Positions 26,587 through 40,200 of a stretch of 64,000 nt of DNA are shown in pieces. The DNA comes from Felis catus. Taxonomy: Eukaryota. Location: contig NC_058368.1 in the NCBI RefSeq assembly GCF_018350175.1, positions 1,860,001 through 1,924,000 of the forward strand, written 5' to 3'. Numbering within the stretch: the stretch's first letter is position 1; each line of letters opens with the position of its first letter. A program made the position numbers and the translations under genes. A model generated the notes under the pieces. The model had not been told where the DNA came from and made no database searches. It saw only the letters and a list, made by a program, of their open reading frames with translations.

Positions 26587-26872
26587 GGGGCGCCTGGGTG
26601 GCGCAGTCGGTTAGGCGTCCGACTTCAGCCAGGTCACGATCTCGCGGTCCGTGAGTTCGAGCCCCACGTCGGGCTCTGGGCTGATGGCTCAGAGCCTGGA
26701 GCCTGTTTCCGATTCTGTGTCTCCCTCTCTCTCTGCCCCTCCCCTGATGGCTCAGAGCCTGGAGCCTGTTTCCGATTCTGTGTCTCCCTCTCTCTCTGCC
26801 CCTCCCCTGTTCATGCTCTGTCTCTCTCTGTCCCAAAAATAAAAAAATAAAAAAAAAAACGTTGAAAAAAAA
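26587..26872 (+). mobile_element. Young SINEC_Fc-like SINE with a perfect internal 63-bp tandem duplication
   Basis: Perfect 16-bp TSD aaaatatggctttctt at 26571-26586 and 26873-26888; 26681-26743 equals 26744-26806. Confidence 0.95.
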
Positions 26873-28582
26873 AAAATATGGCTTTCTTTTAAAATGGTGA
26901 TTGACGATTAAAGTACCAACAATCAAAACCTCACAGATACATTTAAATAACACTGGGACCAACTAGGAACATTTTAAAAACTTAAGATTTTTAAACATAC
27001 CTAGGCTTTAGTGGGGGAAAGTAGGTATTAAATTCAAATTAATAAAATTCAAAGCAAAAAATTAGCACACAGAGAGATCTAACACAATGGATTACATGGA
27101 TCCTGATTCTGGAAACATTTTACAACATCCTATATTTTCTATCTTTCAGCCTTGGCTTTTCTCTCCTTTCTAAGTCAGACTTCAGCGAATAGAATATTAT
27201 GAACCCAGAAGCTCTCAGTAAACACAAACTTATCACTCTCACAAATAGATTATTATTATCTGTGTAATTTTCCACAAGTAATTTACCACAAACTGTTAGT
27301 GTCAACCTCTATTCACCACAAATGGCATATTTTTAAACTATGACCACATTCAAATTTTCAATAACACAACTCTAATTAGTGAAATACATGCTCACGATGA
27401 AGCTTCATTTTTATGTCAAATAAACACTTCCTAAGAATACACGCGTGTGTTTTAAGTCAAGATAGGAAAAATGAGTGAAGAAAAAGGGCGGGAGCAATGA
27501 GAGCTGAGGACTTTCTGGGGTTAATGCTGCTCAGAAAAAGGAAGACGTTTTAAAAATAAGTCTCTTGTAACTACAACCTCATGACACAAACAAGGAGCCC
27601 TCAGTGGGATGGGAAGGCTTCGTGAGTGGCAATAAAGACCATCTCTCCAAGACAGCAAACTTTCCCACTGATGACGTAAAATTCACCCATAAAAGAAAGT
27701 ATATTCTTAACACATGATAATTAAGAATAAAACAGTCTTACTATATATAGACTCAGTTCTCCGAACATAAGAATATTTTGTTTTTAACTTTTTCCCATAA
27801 AAAGATCTTAATCTTAGAAAAACTAGAAAGTACAGGAAAGTACAAAGGAAGCTGCCCACAATCCTATCATCCTGAGATTATTACTGTAAACATTTGTTCA
27901 CAGCTTTCTAATTTTTAATACATAGGTATACATCATTTATATGCCATTTCTAGCAACCCGTATGTATTGTTTTCCACTTTATACTTTTGAAATAAAAAGA
28001 CAAATTTTTAAAAGTAAGTTCTTTTCAAATTACTGCCAAAGACATAAGAAATACATAAAAACAAATTATGCAGCATGGTTACAAGTATACCAGAAACCAA
28101 ATATTCTGGTGTTAACGTACCTAAAATTACCAGCTTTCAAAGAACCATAATTCAGTAAGACAGTCTCATCATTAAAAGATTTGTTTTACTGCTCCTTAAT
28201 TTGGAAGTCCTGTAAGGATTTGAGATTAGCATCATAAACATTCAATATCCCATAGCACTACGGCTCAATGGGGCCAAATTAACAGAGATTCCTGGAGAAC
28301 GATGGATAACTAAGCACTGAGAACGAAGCACTCCCACACATGTCAACACAGTATTTCTCCCTATTCACAGACCACATATCACAGTGCCCAGGACTCAATT
28401 CCCAATATGGTTCCTCATTTTCAGTGTTTGATTATCAATCAAGTCTCATTACAGTCAAGTTACCTTCACAGTAGGTGCATTGCACTGTAATGAAGACAGC
28501 TAGGGAAGCAAGCCAAAACTGAAATCCTATGGGAAAAAACGAGGACAGCTCCTTCTCAGGACAAAGAAACAGAGGAAAGGGC

Positions 28583-28599
28583 GGGGGGGGGGGGGGGGG
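28583..28599. repeat. G17 homopolymer
   Basis: Directly visible. Confidence 0.9.
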
Positions 28600-29084
28600 C
28601 ATCAAATCTGCCTCTGAGAGATCACAAATTTTTGTTTTTCTTACCCTTGTAGAAGGTCCCTGTCTGCTCCCTTCAGACTTTTCGGTCTCAATGGTCATCC
28701 CAAGTGCATTCCCTCTTAACTCCCCCTCTACTGATCAGTACCCTCAAGTGCTGCCTCTCTGCACTCTGTCATATTCAGGGTTAGACATTCTTTCTGTGCT
28801 TGAGACAGAGACTCTGATACTTAAGAGGGTCAGAAACAAAAGCTGTTGTGAATAATTTAGAGTGGTGAATTTCAATGAAATCAGATCAAAGCTGATTGAC
28901 GAGGAGTATACTAAGACTGTCATACCAAAGCAAACAGCGATGAGACCAGTATAAAATACCATTAGTACAAATCTCCGAAGTGCAAGAGGTTAACATAGCA
29001 ATGCTTCATTTATCCCAGATTATAGAGAATTAAGTTAATATCTGTTAATTTTCCAAATACAGCCAACAAACATTTTTTTAAACA

Positions 29085-29295
29085 AATTTTTTTAAAGTTT
29101 ATTTATTTTTGGGAGAGACAGAGACAGAATGCGAGTGGGTTAGGGGCAGAGGGGGAGGGAGACAGAATCGAAAGCAGGCTCCAGGCTCTGAGTTGTCAAC
29201 ACAGAGCCCAACGCGGGGCTTGAACTCACCAGCTGTGAGATCATGACCTGAGCCGAAGTCGGACGCTCAATCAACTGAGCCACCCAGGCGCCCCC
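29085..29295 (-). mobile_element. CanSINE
   Basis: Full head; flanked by caaacattttt repeats. Confidence 0.9.
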
Positions 29296-31839
29296 CGGCA
29301 AACATTTTTAATGCAACTTCCTCCATGTAAATTTTCCCAAAATTATTATTTCTAAGGCAATTATTATATGATGTTGTAATCAAGGAACGACTTGGAATCT
29401 ATCTACTAAAGTGTATGAGGCTTCACGCCCCCTGACAAAGTGCACCGGAGTCAGTGCGTTTTGTTTCGTGTTTGCTCCGGTTTCTTTGCTGGTGTCCACC
29501 ACTCACTGCGGCCGGCAATCTGACCAGCACTAACGAGCAGTCCCGAACTGATCATCGTCGTTTCAACATGTTAGAAACCAAGTAAGAAAATGTACTACAA
29601 CTATGTCCAGAAGAAATTCTAAATTAAAAGACTCTACATGACTTTCTGGAGGCTTAGTCCAAGGCTCTTACTGTTTTGACAAAGGAGTCAGAAAATATGG
29701 GTTCTAATGGTGCAAAATTTACCACCTCAAGTAACTGGGAGCAAACCGCTTCATCTGTCCTGGCCTCAGTTTTCTCATCTATAAGGGGGGTTAACACCCT
29801 CTGCCCCACCTAATTCATATGATTGTCCAAAGCTTCCCATTAGATAATGCAGGTAAAAGTATTATATATGTGTAGCAGCTTATGACATGAGAAGGTAAAA
29901 CAACAGTATTTTTATCATTATCATAAAAAACACCTTTTTTGGTTTTTTTGGTCCCACCTCTTGATTATCTACATTCTACGAAATCAAAGTCACAAGAAAA
30001 CCTACGATTAAAAAAAAAAAGAAAGTCGTAACTGAAGCACCACTAAAGCAACGTAGTAGATGCTCAGTAAATCTTCGTTGGATTAATGAATCTATTAACA
30101 AAAGGAAAGTGGAAAACGAATCCATGATGTGTTCGCTATTCTTTTAGCACTTGCGAATTTCAAAATGAAAATTTAAATATGTAAAACAAATAGAAGACAT
30201 TCAATGAGCTCTCAAAGTTATAAATGAGTTTTAGTATGTTTTCTTTCACTTAAGTACTGGAAATTCACAATTCACTAACGTAACCGTTGTCTTCGCATTA
30301 CAAGTCCTATAGCAGCATTCTCATTTCTAGTGAAAGCCATTAATTTCATGGCAGTGAAAAAAATACCCTTCAGAAACGGCCTGCCTTACTCATCAGCTTA
30401 CTGTCACAAGCACAAGATATTCAAACACTAACTCCAGCTGACAAAATAAAATACTCTTGTTCAGAGAGAGGACTGTCTCTTATAATAGCCTGGCTCTTAC
30501 CCCAGGAGATTTATTACCAAGAATAAACTTTATGAAAGGTTGCCATACATAAAGCAGACTTCCAGCTGCTCTTCTAAGCAAACATCAATGAGACTTGTGA
30601 TAAGAGAGATTAGGTTGGCTATCACATCCAGGGGCAGCACTGCTGTAGACAAGTGAATTTCTCACCCACTTCTCTCTAGCACAGGAAAGAGGAAGACAAG
30701 AGGCTTAAATACTAAATTAAAGAGCTTTAAAAGTGATTTAATATACGCCTAGTACTTTCAAAGGAAATAAACGTGAAATAGGTGGAAAAACTCAGCTTAA
30801 ATGTTAATTTAAAATAAAAAATTTAGCTAATTTTTTTAGGAAGTAAAGTCTCCATTTCTATCCCTCTCAAATTAGTAGAGTGGGTCTGACATTAGTACAA
30901 AGTATGACGAGGTAACCACAGCAACTTTTATAACCACAGAAGGAAAACAGCCTGTCCACAAAGACACGCACGAAACTATTATTTAATAATTGCACAAACA
31001 CAATTACTCTGAAAATATATCATGATACCTGGAAAATGTACCGTATTTAAAAATATAACCTCCTTAGGAAATGCTTTATGAATCAGTATTTTCCCATAAA
31101 ACTATAAGAACAAACACTGTAAGAAACTTAAAGCATTTAAACGAAAAGTTATTATGTTGGTTACATGTATTTTTAAAAAATGCACTTTCCACTCATGAAT
31201 AAAAGCATGAACACTTTCTTCTGATTTTAATACTTAAAATATTACCTGACAGAAAAAGAAGTGACGTAATGTAGCGTGCGTCCCGAAGTTCTATAAGCCA
31301 AAGGGTGTTAGGCTGCCACAGAGGTGAAACGCACGCTCACTGAATGCTCACTAAATGCACTTAACATTGCCTTGCCTCATCTGGGGAGCCCCAGACATGG
31401 ACATTATTAAATTTATTTTACAAACAGTATTAGTAAAGCAGAGCCTAGAGATGGTAAATAATTTGTACAAGTTAGTAAGGTAGTAAATGGCAGAGATGGA
31501 TGGGATTTACGCCTAAATGTGAATCCAAAATCAGAATCGGTGTTCTATTATACTCTACTGCCCCTAAACTTATTTGAACATGTACTTTACGCTAGTACAA
31601 GGGGATGGACCACCAAAAAAAATATACTCTTAGAAAGGGAAGAGGGGGAGCCAGACTACAAACAGTTTCTGACCAATGAAGGTTGATGGGAGCATTATTC
31701 TAGAAGAGGTATGATGGGAAAGTTACTTACTTAACTTAGTAATTCATAAGGTCAACCCTGTCATCTGTCGAAAACCATCAGTCATGTATCTCTTCTTAAA
31801 ATCTCTTCTCTTAAAATCACCCGTATAAAGAAAATTTCA

Positions 31840-31973
31840 GGGGCACCTGGATGGTTCAGTCAGTTAAGATTTCATGGTTTGTGACTTTGAGCCCCACATC
31901 CAGCTCTGTGCTGACAGTGCAGAGCCTGCTTGGAATTCATTCTCATTCATTCATTCATTCATTCATTCATTCC

Positions 31974-32009
<36 letters not shown>

Positions 32010-32050
32010 CCCTCTCCCTCTCTCTCTCTCTGCCCCTCCAACTCTCTCTC
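31840..32050 (+). mobile_element. CanSINE containing (ATTC)n/(CT)n
   Basis: ggggcacctggatggttcag head with a deletion. Confidence 0.85.
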
Positions 32051-33684
32051 AAACTCTTTTAAATCAAATGTTCTCCCACTGGTATTCATGTCTCTGAGAC
32101 TAAGAAAATCTTAAGTACATTCTTAAAGCATTCCCACAAACTTAATGGTCTCAGAAGAAAACAGAGAAGTATACATAGCAAAATGTTTTACTGGTCCGTA
32201 ACCTCATTGTTTTAGATCTGCCGAATGAGCTAGTTTCAAGCTGCTGGGCAAGGACAAGTGGGGACGGCCACGCGGTGGCCTTTTGCCACACGGGCATTTC
32301 ACCTGCTGTGTCAACGTGAAAGTACTTTTCTAGTTAAATGTTTCAGCGTGCTCCCCGATGTAAATTCATCCAGCAATCTTGAAATTAAATTCTATCTCCC
32401 ACTACACATTCTCTACAACTATAAAAGTTCTTAACCCTGCTAGTAGAAATTCAACTTAAAACAAAAAAAAACTTTCTGTTTTGGAATATTTCATGAGGAT
32501 ATTAAATTTATCCACTATTCTCAGAGTGTATGCACTGTGAACAGAACAAAATCTTTTCTAACTCAAGAGTTACATCTGTTCTATCATTGTCAAAACATCA
32601 GTTATTTCAGTGACTCAAAAAGATCAAAATGCCAGGTTGCACTGGGAATACTTTCTGTGGTGGGTCAAACTACCCAAGGGGAAAGAAAGGGAAGAACACA
32701 ATTCCTGAGAATGTGTTCATTCCTGCGAGGCAAGGGACTCTTGATCCTTTGCCTTCTGCGTCCGGAGCCATAAAGCTACTTGTGGGGGATGAGGACAAGC
32801 CACAGAAATTCTTCCTTAACGCTGAAATCCCAGCTGATGTGATCGCCAAACTAACCAGGGAAAGAGCGTTAGTCATAAACATATAGATCTCAGAATTACT
32901 AGTTAAGTTCCTAAAGTTTAAATCCTGGTCAGCCACAAAGAAGCAAACTCCTTTACTGCAGATTGGCAAATGAAACAGTGTGTCCTTAAGTAGAATCTAA
33001 AATAGGAAGAGTAACTTGATTCAGAACAGTAAGGGGCTAGGATAACATCTCTCAGTAGCAGCCTCAGTTCCAAACCTTTTCCCTACTACTTCTGGCTACT
33101 TATGTCCACTTGCTTTTCCTTCAAGCATCAACGACAGCCACCATTGGCCATGGCCATTAATCAGGCAACAAATGCTAACAAAAATCCATGCAAATGACAA
33201 GATTGCCATTATGCAACTGACGTAGGCAACCCTGAGGCATCAGCATGTCAAGAGCAAAGCTCTTCATCAGAAACGGATACCATGCCTACTAACACAAGAT
33301 TAACAGAAGTAAAAAGTAGCTTCCCAATCACTTTTATCTAAAAATTTTAAATGGAACCTTGAGGACTATTTTCAAGGGAGCTTCTCACTACACAAAACAA
33401 AGCCAAAATGACTCCTAAAACGCAATGATTCAAACATGCACGTTTTTACTTTCTTTCTTTTTTAAGTTTTTAAGTAATCTTCACACCCAACGTGGTCTCA
33501 AACTCACAACCCCAAGATCAGGAGTCACTTGCCCCACTGAGCCAGCCAGGAGCCCCAAAACAGGCACGTTTTTAAAGTTGTTAGTTTATGCAAACAACTA
33601 AATACTAAGATTAAGTGAAAAAGACAAAAACAGAAACCAAACAGACATAACAATCAGACCTTCAGAGCATCAAAGCGCCTAGAA

Positions 33685-33895
33685 CTGCACTGTCCAATAT
33701 GGTTGCCACCAGCTATGTATGGCTGTTTGAATTTCAGTTAAAAAAGAAATTAAAATTAAACATTCAGTTCCTCAGTCACACCAGCCACATTTCAAATGCT
33801 CAAAAGCCACACGTGCCTGGCACAGTGGTGACATATTGGAGTACAGATCTAGAACATTTACATCAAAACAGAAAATTCTATCGGAGAGCAGTACT
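33685..33895. mobile_element. MER3/MER33-like hAT-Charlie MITE
   Basis: gcactgtccaata...cattcagttcctcagtcacaccagccacatttcaaatgctc...agaaaattctatcgga. Confidence 0.78.
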
Positions 33896-35324
33896 CTTGA
33901 AGAAATCTGCCACCAAAATGGCAAACAACACAGTATCCGTACAATTAAAAATCAAAACAGGAATAGAAATGCTCTGGGGCGCCCAGCTGGCTCAGCTGGG
34001 GGAGCATGTGACTGGGTCTCCGGTCTCAGGGTTGTCGGCTCGAGCCCCACGTTAGATATGAGAGAGTAAAATTACATAATTTTTTTTTTTTAAAGAAAGA
34101 AATGTTCTGTATCTTGACTCCTAGAAACGTACATCTTCAATGGATATGGTAATACATGTAAATTATTCCTCAATAAAGATGATAAGGAAAAAAAGAATAG
34201 ATATATGACCCCTGGCATATTCCAAAGGAAAAACAAAACGTACTTTGGGTATGTAGAGGAAGGTCCAAAATCCTGACAACTCGCTTCTGTGGTCCCTCGG
34301 GTGAGACCCTCCTACATCAGCCAGACTGGAGGGCAGATGGCTAGAGAAAGGGGAGAGTGCGGGTCTGCCCGTGGTACAGGTGTGCGGGGCAGGAGGACCA
34401 GCACACTATGGAAATGAAGGGACGCTGCGTGGGCTCCTCCAAAAATGTACCCGCAACCTATCCTCAAACTGTCAAGTTAATTATTAAACTCACACCGCTC
34501 ACTGAGGGGCCACTGAAAGATGTAAAGTAATTCATAAAGGGTTGTAAGGTGCACAGTCGCACACAGGTATCTTCCAAATGATTAAAGAAGAGAAACTGGG
34601 AGAATGAAAAAAAACTACCCAAAACATTTAAAGACTTAATACCTGAAAATCAGGACAGCCAGGTATTACCATTTCCAATCCCACAATATCCTTCAGCTGA
34701 TTAACAGCCCACAGTTCTCCCCAGGACCACAGCTGATCACTCAACACCAGCTCCAACTCTGAAGAGGGACTACCACCAGTCACTCTCCTAGGCACGACTA
34801 GTTCTCAAAAGGCAGACAGGAGATTGAAAGGGGGGGAAACGGGCTCTCCGGAGTAATTCCACCACGGACAATGGTTCCCAAATTCGTTTACTTAACACCT
34901 GGTAGGTAGTCCAAGTATCCCTTGGCCCATTACTGTAGCAACGTGAAATAATCCGTTACGTTACGTGTCACTTTATTCAAACATCTCTATTATCACTAGC
35001 AGTTGTCGAAGGCTTGTTAAAATGGAGGAAAAGAAATGGCTGCATATATTACGGTGTGTTAGCTTACAGTATTTTACACCATTCTAACGATGCCTGTGAA
35101 CACTGGCAACATGGAAAAACAGAATCAAACGAAAAAACAAAGTCCATTACATCTAGAGTATGTGAACATATAAAAAGGGACTAAAAGAAAACACGAACGA
35201 ATGAAAACTGCTCGATTCTCAGACTGTGCACTTTTTCTTTAATGTAGACGTTAGTATTGCTGTATTATTTGCAAACTACAGAATAAAAATTTTAACCGTT
35301 TATAAATACAGATAGCACACTTAC

Positions 35325-35463
35325 CACAGTGGGATTGCCACTACTTATCAACTGGCTGACTTCATGGAAAATGCTTTTGCAGTCGATTGATTTATCTAAG
35401 GATCCTCGTTTTACAATTACTGCTACTGCTAACAGAATCTGTTCCCGAACATACTTTTGGAGG
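35325..35463 (-). CDS. XPO4: Exportin-4 coding exon 4 (139 nt), LQKYVREQILLAVAVIVKRGSLDKSIDCKSIFHEVSQLISSGNPTV
   Basis: Inside ORF 35292..35525. Acceptor gttttacag|C, donor GTG|gtaagt. Confidence 0.97.
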
Positions 35464-35599
35464 CTGTAAAACAGAAAGATCATTGTGAACACCTTTACAT
35501 GATCCCAATATAAAAATAGTCCCAAGTTTCTCCCTACGCCTGACGCTACTAATCACACGGCTCACATCGGAGGGTAGCACAGCCTACTGGTTATGCCCT

Positions 35600-35800
35600 G
35601 TCTCCGGAGCCAGGAGATCTCGACTTGAATCCATGCTTCATCACTTATGGGCTTGGTGACCCGGGTACGCAAGACAGTTTCAGAGCCTTAAGTTTCCTCA
35701 TCTGTGAAATGGGGGTAACATTAACAGGGTTGTGACTAGGATCAAATGTTCTTCAAACTGTGCCCAGTGCATACTAAGTGCTACATAAACGTTAGCTGCT
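35600..35800. mobile_element. MIR
   Basis: MIR core agtttcctcatctgtgaaatggggg and tail ataaacgttagctgct. Confidence 0.7.
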
Positions 35801-35996
35801 TCAGGCAGTGTTCAAGAGATCTAAGTCAGTTCACTGAGAGCCAGATTATGATTCTACCAATAAAAAGAAATTCTGATCTAATATCCATCTCCAACCAGTA
35901 GTATAATCTTAAACCCACTCCCTTTAATGTGAAAAGGCAACAGGCTAGCTACCCAAAATATATTATGGACACACACACATTTTTAAAAAACATTTT

Positions 35997-36192
35997 GGAG
36001 TGCCTGGGTGGCTCAGTCGGTTAAGCGGCCGACTTCGGCTCAGGTCATGATCTCGCGGTCCGTGAGTTCGAGCCCCGAGTCGGGCTCTGTGCTGACAGCT
36101 CAGAGCCTGGAGCCTGCTTCAAATCCTGTGTCTCCCTTTCTCTCTGCCCCTCCCCCACTCGCACTGTCTCACAAATAAACATTAGAAAAAAA
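35997..36192 (+). mobile_element. CanSINE
   Basis: Head and tail. Confidence 0.92.
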
Positions 36193-36217
36193 TTTTTTTA
36201 AAGTTCTAAAATTCCTT

Positions 36218-36442
36218 GGGGCGCCTGGGTGGCACAGTCGGTTAAGCGTCCGACTTCAACCAGGTCACGATCTCGCGGTCCATGAGTTCGAGCCCCGCGT
36301 CGGGCTCTGGGCTGATGGCTCAGAGCCTGGAGCCTGTTTCCGATTCTGTGTCTCCCTCTCTCTCTGCCCCTCCCCCGTTCATGCTCTGTCTCTCTCTGTC
36401 CCAAAAAATAAATAAACGTTGAAAAAAAATTAAAAAAAAAAA
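36218..36442 (+). mobile_element. Young SINEC_Fc-like SINE
   Basis: Perfect 18-bp TSD aaagttctaaaattcctt at 36200-36217 and 36443-36460. Confidence 0.95.
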
Positions 36443-37948
36443 AAAGTTCTAAAATTCCTTATCTAAACTGTGCTCTTCAGTGGGATGGCAGAAGCAGTGA
36501 TCCCAAGTGAAGGAATTCTACAAAGTACACAAAGTAGACTAGACCACCAGCCAGGGCACGGAGATTTAGCTGTCCTGTCACAACCTTTGCTTAAAGGTAA
36601 GGCTCAGATAACATAACTTTATAATCCGGCTTCTAGAATGCCACAAGGATACACCAACCATGTGCCCTTTGGAATAAACCCCCAATTCCTTAACATGGCT
36701 TACAAGCAGTGAGACCCAACCCAGCCCCCTTTGGACACTACCAATCTGCCTGTTGTCTTATCCCCTGCAAAGTGTCCCCATTGGGACATAACTGATACGG
36801 TCACCCACTTCAACAGTCTGTCACGGTCCTGCCCTCTCTGATCCCCGCCTTCCACATTCGCTCAAAACTGCAGACACGCTGAGCTTCTCTCAGTCCCTGG
36901 CGCCATGCACAGACCTCTGAACGTCTGTGTCCTCTGCTAAGACTGTGATGTCCCTTTCTCCAGAGGGGACTCCCTGAAGCTCCCTGAACATGGTGGGCCG
37001 TTACTAAGGAGGGCTCCCCCGACACATGACAGGCATCTATTAGACATACAAACATACATGCCCATGTCAAGACTGAAGTGAAAAATATTCCTTCAAGACA
37101 CACCTGAAGCACTCATAAGCAAATAAATGCAGAGATTGTACGGGAAGAACAGGAGGAATGTGAGTTAACCAAAAGGAGTTTTTGTACATTTCGGGGGACA
37201 TGATAATTTCAAATACACCGACTCCTACTAGGAAGTGTACATAAAGCTAGTTTTAACGACCTCCATTGGCAAGAATTATAAATTACTAGGAAAATAAATA
37301 ATAGCTCACATTGGTTGGTGTTTATGTTATGCAAGGCTATAAACGAACTTCACAAAAGTTAATACATTCAACCCTCACAACTACCTTTTGAGTACAATAC
37401 TATTATTAACTCTAATAGCTAACTGAATACTAATAATTTTAAAAACTAATGCACAGAGAGGGCAAGCAATCTGCCCGTGCACACAGTGGCAGCAGTAGAT
37501 TCTCAACCGCCCTGCTATACTGTCAGGTGCGCCTGGCATTTCACTCTGTGAAAATGCTATCTCAATTAGGAGGAAAAAACTAGAAAAGAGAAAGTTCTGT
37601 GTACCAAACGAGAAGTATACAACACTATGTATGCATTCTACTATGTATGTATTCTACCTATGCGGTATACCAACAGTTTTCACTTGACTCTGGTCCATAC
37701 TGTAGGAAATTCTACAAGATAAAAATGTCTGTGTCATGAAAGACAAAAAAAGACAGAACTGTTCTAGATTAAAACAGAGTAAAGTGACTAAATACAATGT
37801 ATAATCTGCGGTTAAATCCTGGATCAAACAAATAACTTATAAAGGAGGAAAGGATATCAATAGCATTATTCAGACAACTGGGAAAATGAGAATATAGGAT
37901 CAAAATTATATTAGGTTAATTTAATATGCCAATGATATCAAGAGTATT

Positions 37949-38395
37949 GAGGGCACCTGGGTGGCTCAGTCGGTTAAGCCTGTGACTTCGGCTCAGGTCA
38001 TGATACCATGGCTGGTGAGTTCAAGCTCCACCTCGGGCTCTGTGCTGACAGCTCAGAGCCTAGAGCCTGTTTCAGATTCTGTGTCTCCCTCTCTCTCTGC
38101 CCCTCCCCTGCTCACACTTTCTCTCTCAAAAATAAATAAACAATGGGGCGCCTGGGTGGCGCAGTCGGTTAAGCATCCGACTTCAGCCAGGTCACGATCT
38201 CGCGGTCCGTGAGTTCGAGCCCCGCGTCGGGCTCTGGGCTGATGGCTCAGAGCCTGGAGCCTGTTTCCGATTCTGTGTCTCCCTCTCTCTTTGCCCCTCC
38301 CCCGTTCATGCTCTGCCTCTCTCTGTCCCAAAAATAAATAAACGTTGAAAAAAAATAAATAAATAAATAAACATTAAAAATTAAAAAAAAAAAAA
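37949..38395 (+). mobile_element. CanSINE with a young SINEC_Fc-like copy (38145-38360) inserted in its A-tail
   Basis: TSD aaataaataaaca(a/t)t at 38130-38144 and 38361-38375. Confidence 0.92.
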
Positions 38396-39947
38396 AGGAT
38401 GAAGTATCCTAATTTCTGCAGCATACTTTCAGGTGATTCAGGGGAAAATGCATATATGTGAGAGAAATCACATGTGACAAAATGTTAACTGAGGCTCCAC
38501 TAGGAAAAGAGTGTGTGTGTGTTCATTGTATTATTCTTTCAACTTTGCTTAAAGTTGTTTTTTTTTTAGTGTTTGGGGGGAAATACGTAAGTGAACTATT
38601 TCAGTGTGGAACCTTACAATCAACTCTAAAATAGCTTCTGAACTAATGAAAATTACTGAAGAATGAGATTGTTTTGGATAATAGAAGAGATCACGTGCAT
38701 GTGTGCATGCACGCACGCACGCGCACACACACAATCAAAATCTACCACACATTTAAGTCTATCAAACTCTCCAGAGTTCAGCAGTTCCAACTTGGGGAGG
38801 GTGGAGAAAAACTGGGACCAATGAGCAGCTCCAGGAGCACACCCAAATGGCCTCATCAAACAACAAATTAAAATTTAAATAAAGAAAATCAGCATGAAGG
38901 AGAAGACAAAGGTTTGAAATTGGGACAATTTCCCCTTATTCTATTAAAACCAGAAAAAACAAGCCAAACCCTCCCTTTACATACATCTCTATCCAGTCAT
39001 CTACAGAAAGTATTACCCATTACACCTGTAACGTTTGTTTATAGGCTAAGGAAATCTTGCCTTTTTTCTCTTAAGCATTTTTCTTTAGGCAAAGCAACTG
39101 GCACTTACCTGCATGCTAAATTCACGCCAGTAATTATTGTTAAATATTATGAGCTCAGAAGACCGCGAGTGAACAATCCGTGGAAAGAAAGGTGTGCTCT
39201 AAATTATGTTTAAAGCTTCATGCATATTGATCACCATTAATCGACATGCCTAGTTACCAGGAGTTCCAATTAGAGAGCATTTGTTCACTGAATTTGAAAG
39301 TGTACGTGTATGGAAAAAGGATTCAACTGTTCAACTGCACAAATGGCAAACGTGCGGTGTGCAGTGCCTCTTCCTAAAAGACGACTTGGTATTTGAGGGA
39401 TTTACCAAAAAAAAAAAAATCACACAAGCAATGAATGTACAAATCTTGTAAAATGGTCAAACAATACAACGAACATAACACAAAAAGAAAACTCACTTTT
39501 ACCCTACTTCTTAAAACTGATCCATTTTCCAAAAGAAAGTATTGAACAAATTTGGTGCTTTCTCTTCTACAACCTTCCTAACGTGCATTTCCGTGCACAT
39601 GTATGTGTAACACTTGGTGTTTTAATGGCACCTGACCACCCTTTGCACCCGTGTCCTGGAATACTCACCTATGTCTTACGATGCTACCAAACACCGAAAG
39701 AAGAACGACTATGTACAAAGGACTTTCCATGGAGTCCAAGATCAACTTTCTTTGGAACTAAACGTCCACAAAAAACCCTTAATATCCAGCACCATCTTTT
39801 CCAAGAAACAAAACCCTGTATCATAAGCTTAAATACAAAGTCGTATTTCATTAAGCAGTATAACAACCCACAACCACGTGTGTGTGTGAGTTTTTAAAAT
39901 ATGAACCCAAGCAGAGCTTAACCATAAACATCTATCGTTAAAAACAC

Positions 39948-39961
39948 AAAGGAAAAAGGGA

Positions 39962-40005
<44 letters not shown>

Positions 40006-40160
40006 ACGAACGAACGAAAGAAAGAAAGAAAAGGAAAAGAGAGAAGGGAAGGGAAGGGAAGGGAAGGGAAGGGAAGGGAAGGGAAGGGAAGGGAAGGGAA
40101 GGGAAGGGAAGGGAAGGGAAGGGAAGGGAAGGGAGGGGACGAGACAAGACAAGACAAGGG
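39948..40160. repeat. Compound purine-rich microsatellite (AAAG)11(AACG)3...(GGGAA)17...(GACAA)n
   Basis: Directly visible; ends about 40 nt from the exon 3 donor. Confidence 0.95.
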
Positions 40161-40200
40161 CAGCGCAGGTATTTGAGCAGCGCCTCCGCCATGTACTTAC

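Noticed and set aside
26516..26962. 148-aa ORF with an internal peptide repeat
   Set aside because: Antisense translation of the SINE with the 63-bp duplication. The same peptide recurs at other SINEs (36198, 38053).
32629..32969. Overlapping ORFs as a possible retrogene
   Set aside because: No recognisable homology, poly(A) tail or TSD.
37851..37858. Extra ATATCCTT motifs on the minus strand (also near 49462 and 50021) as U11-binding enhancers
   Set aside because: Single, not tandem, far from exons, and expected by chance.
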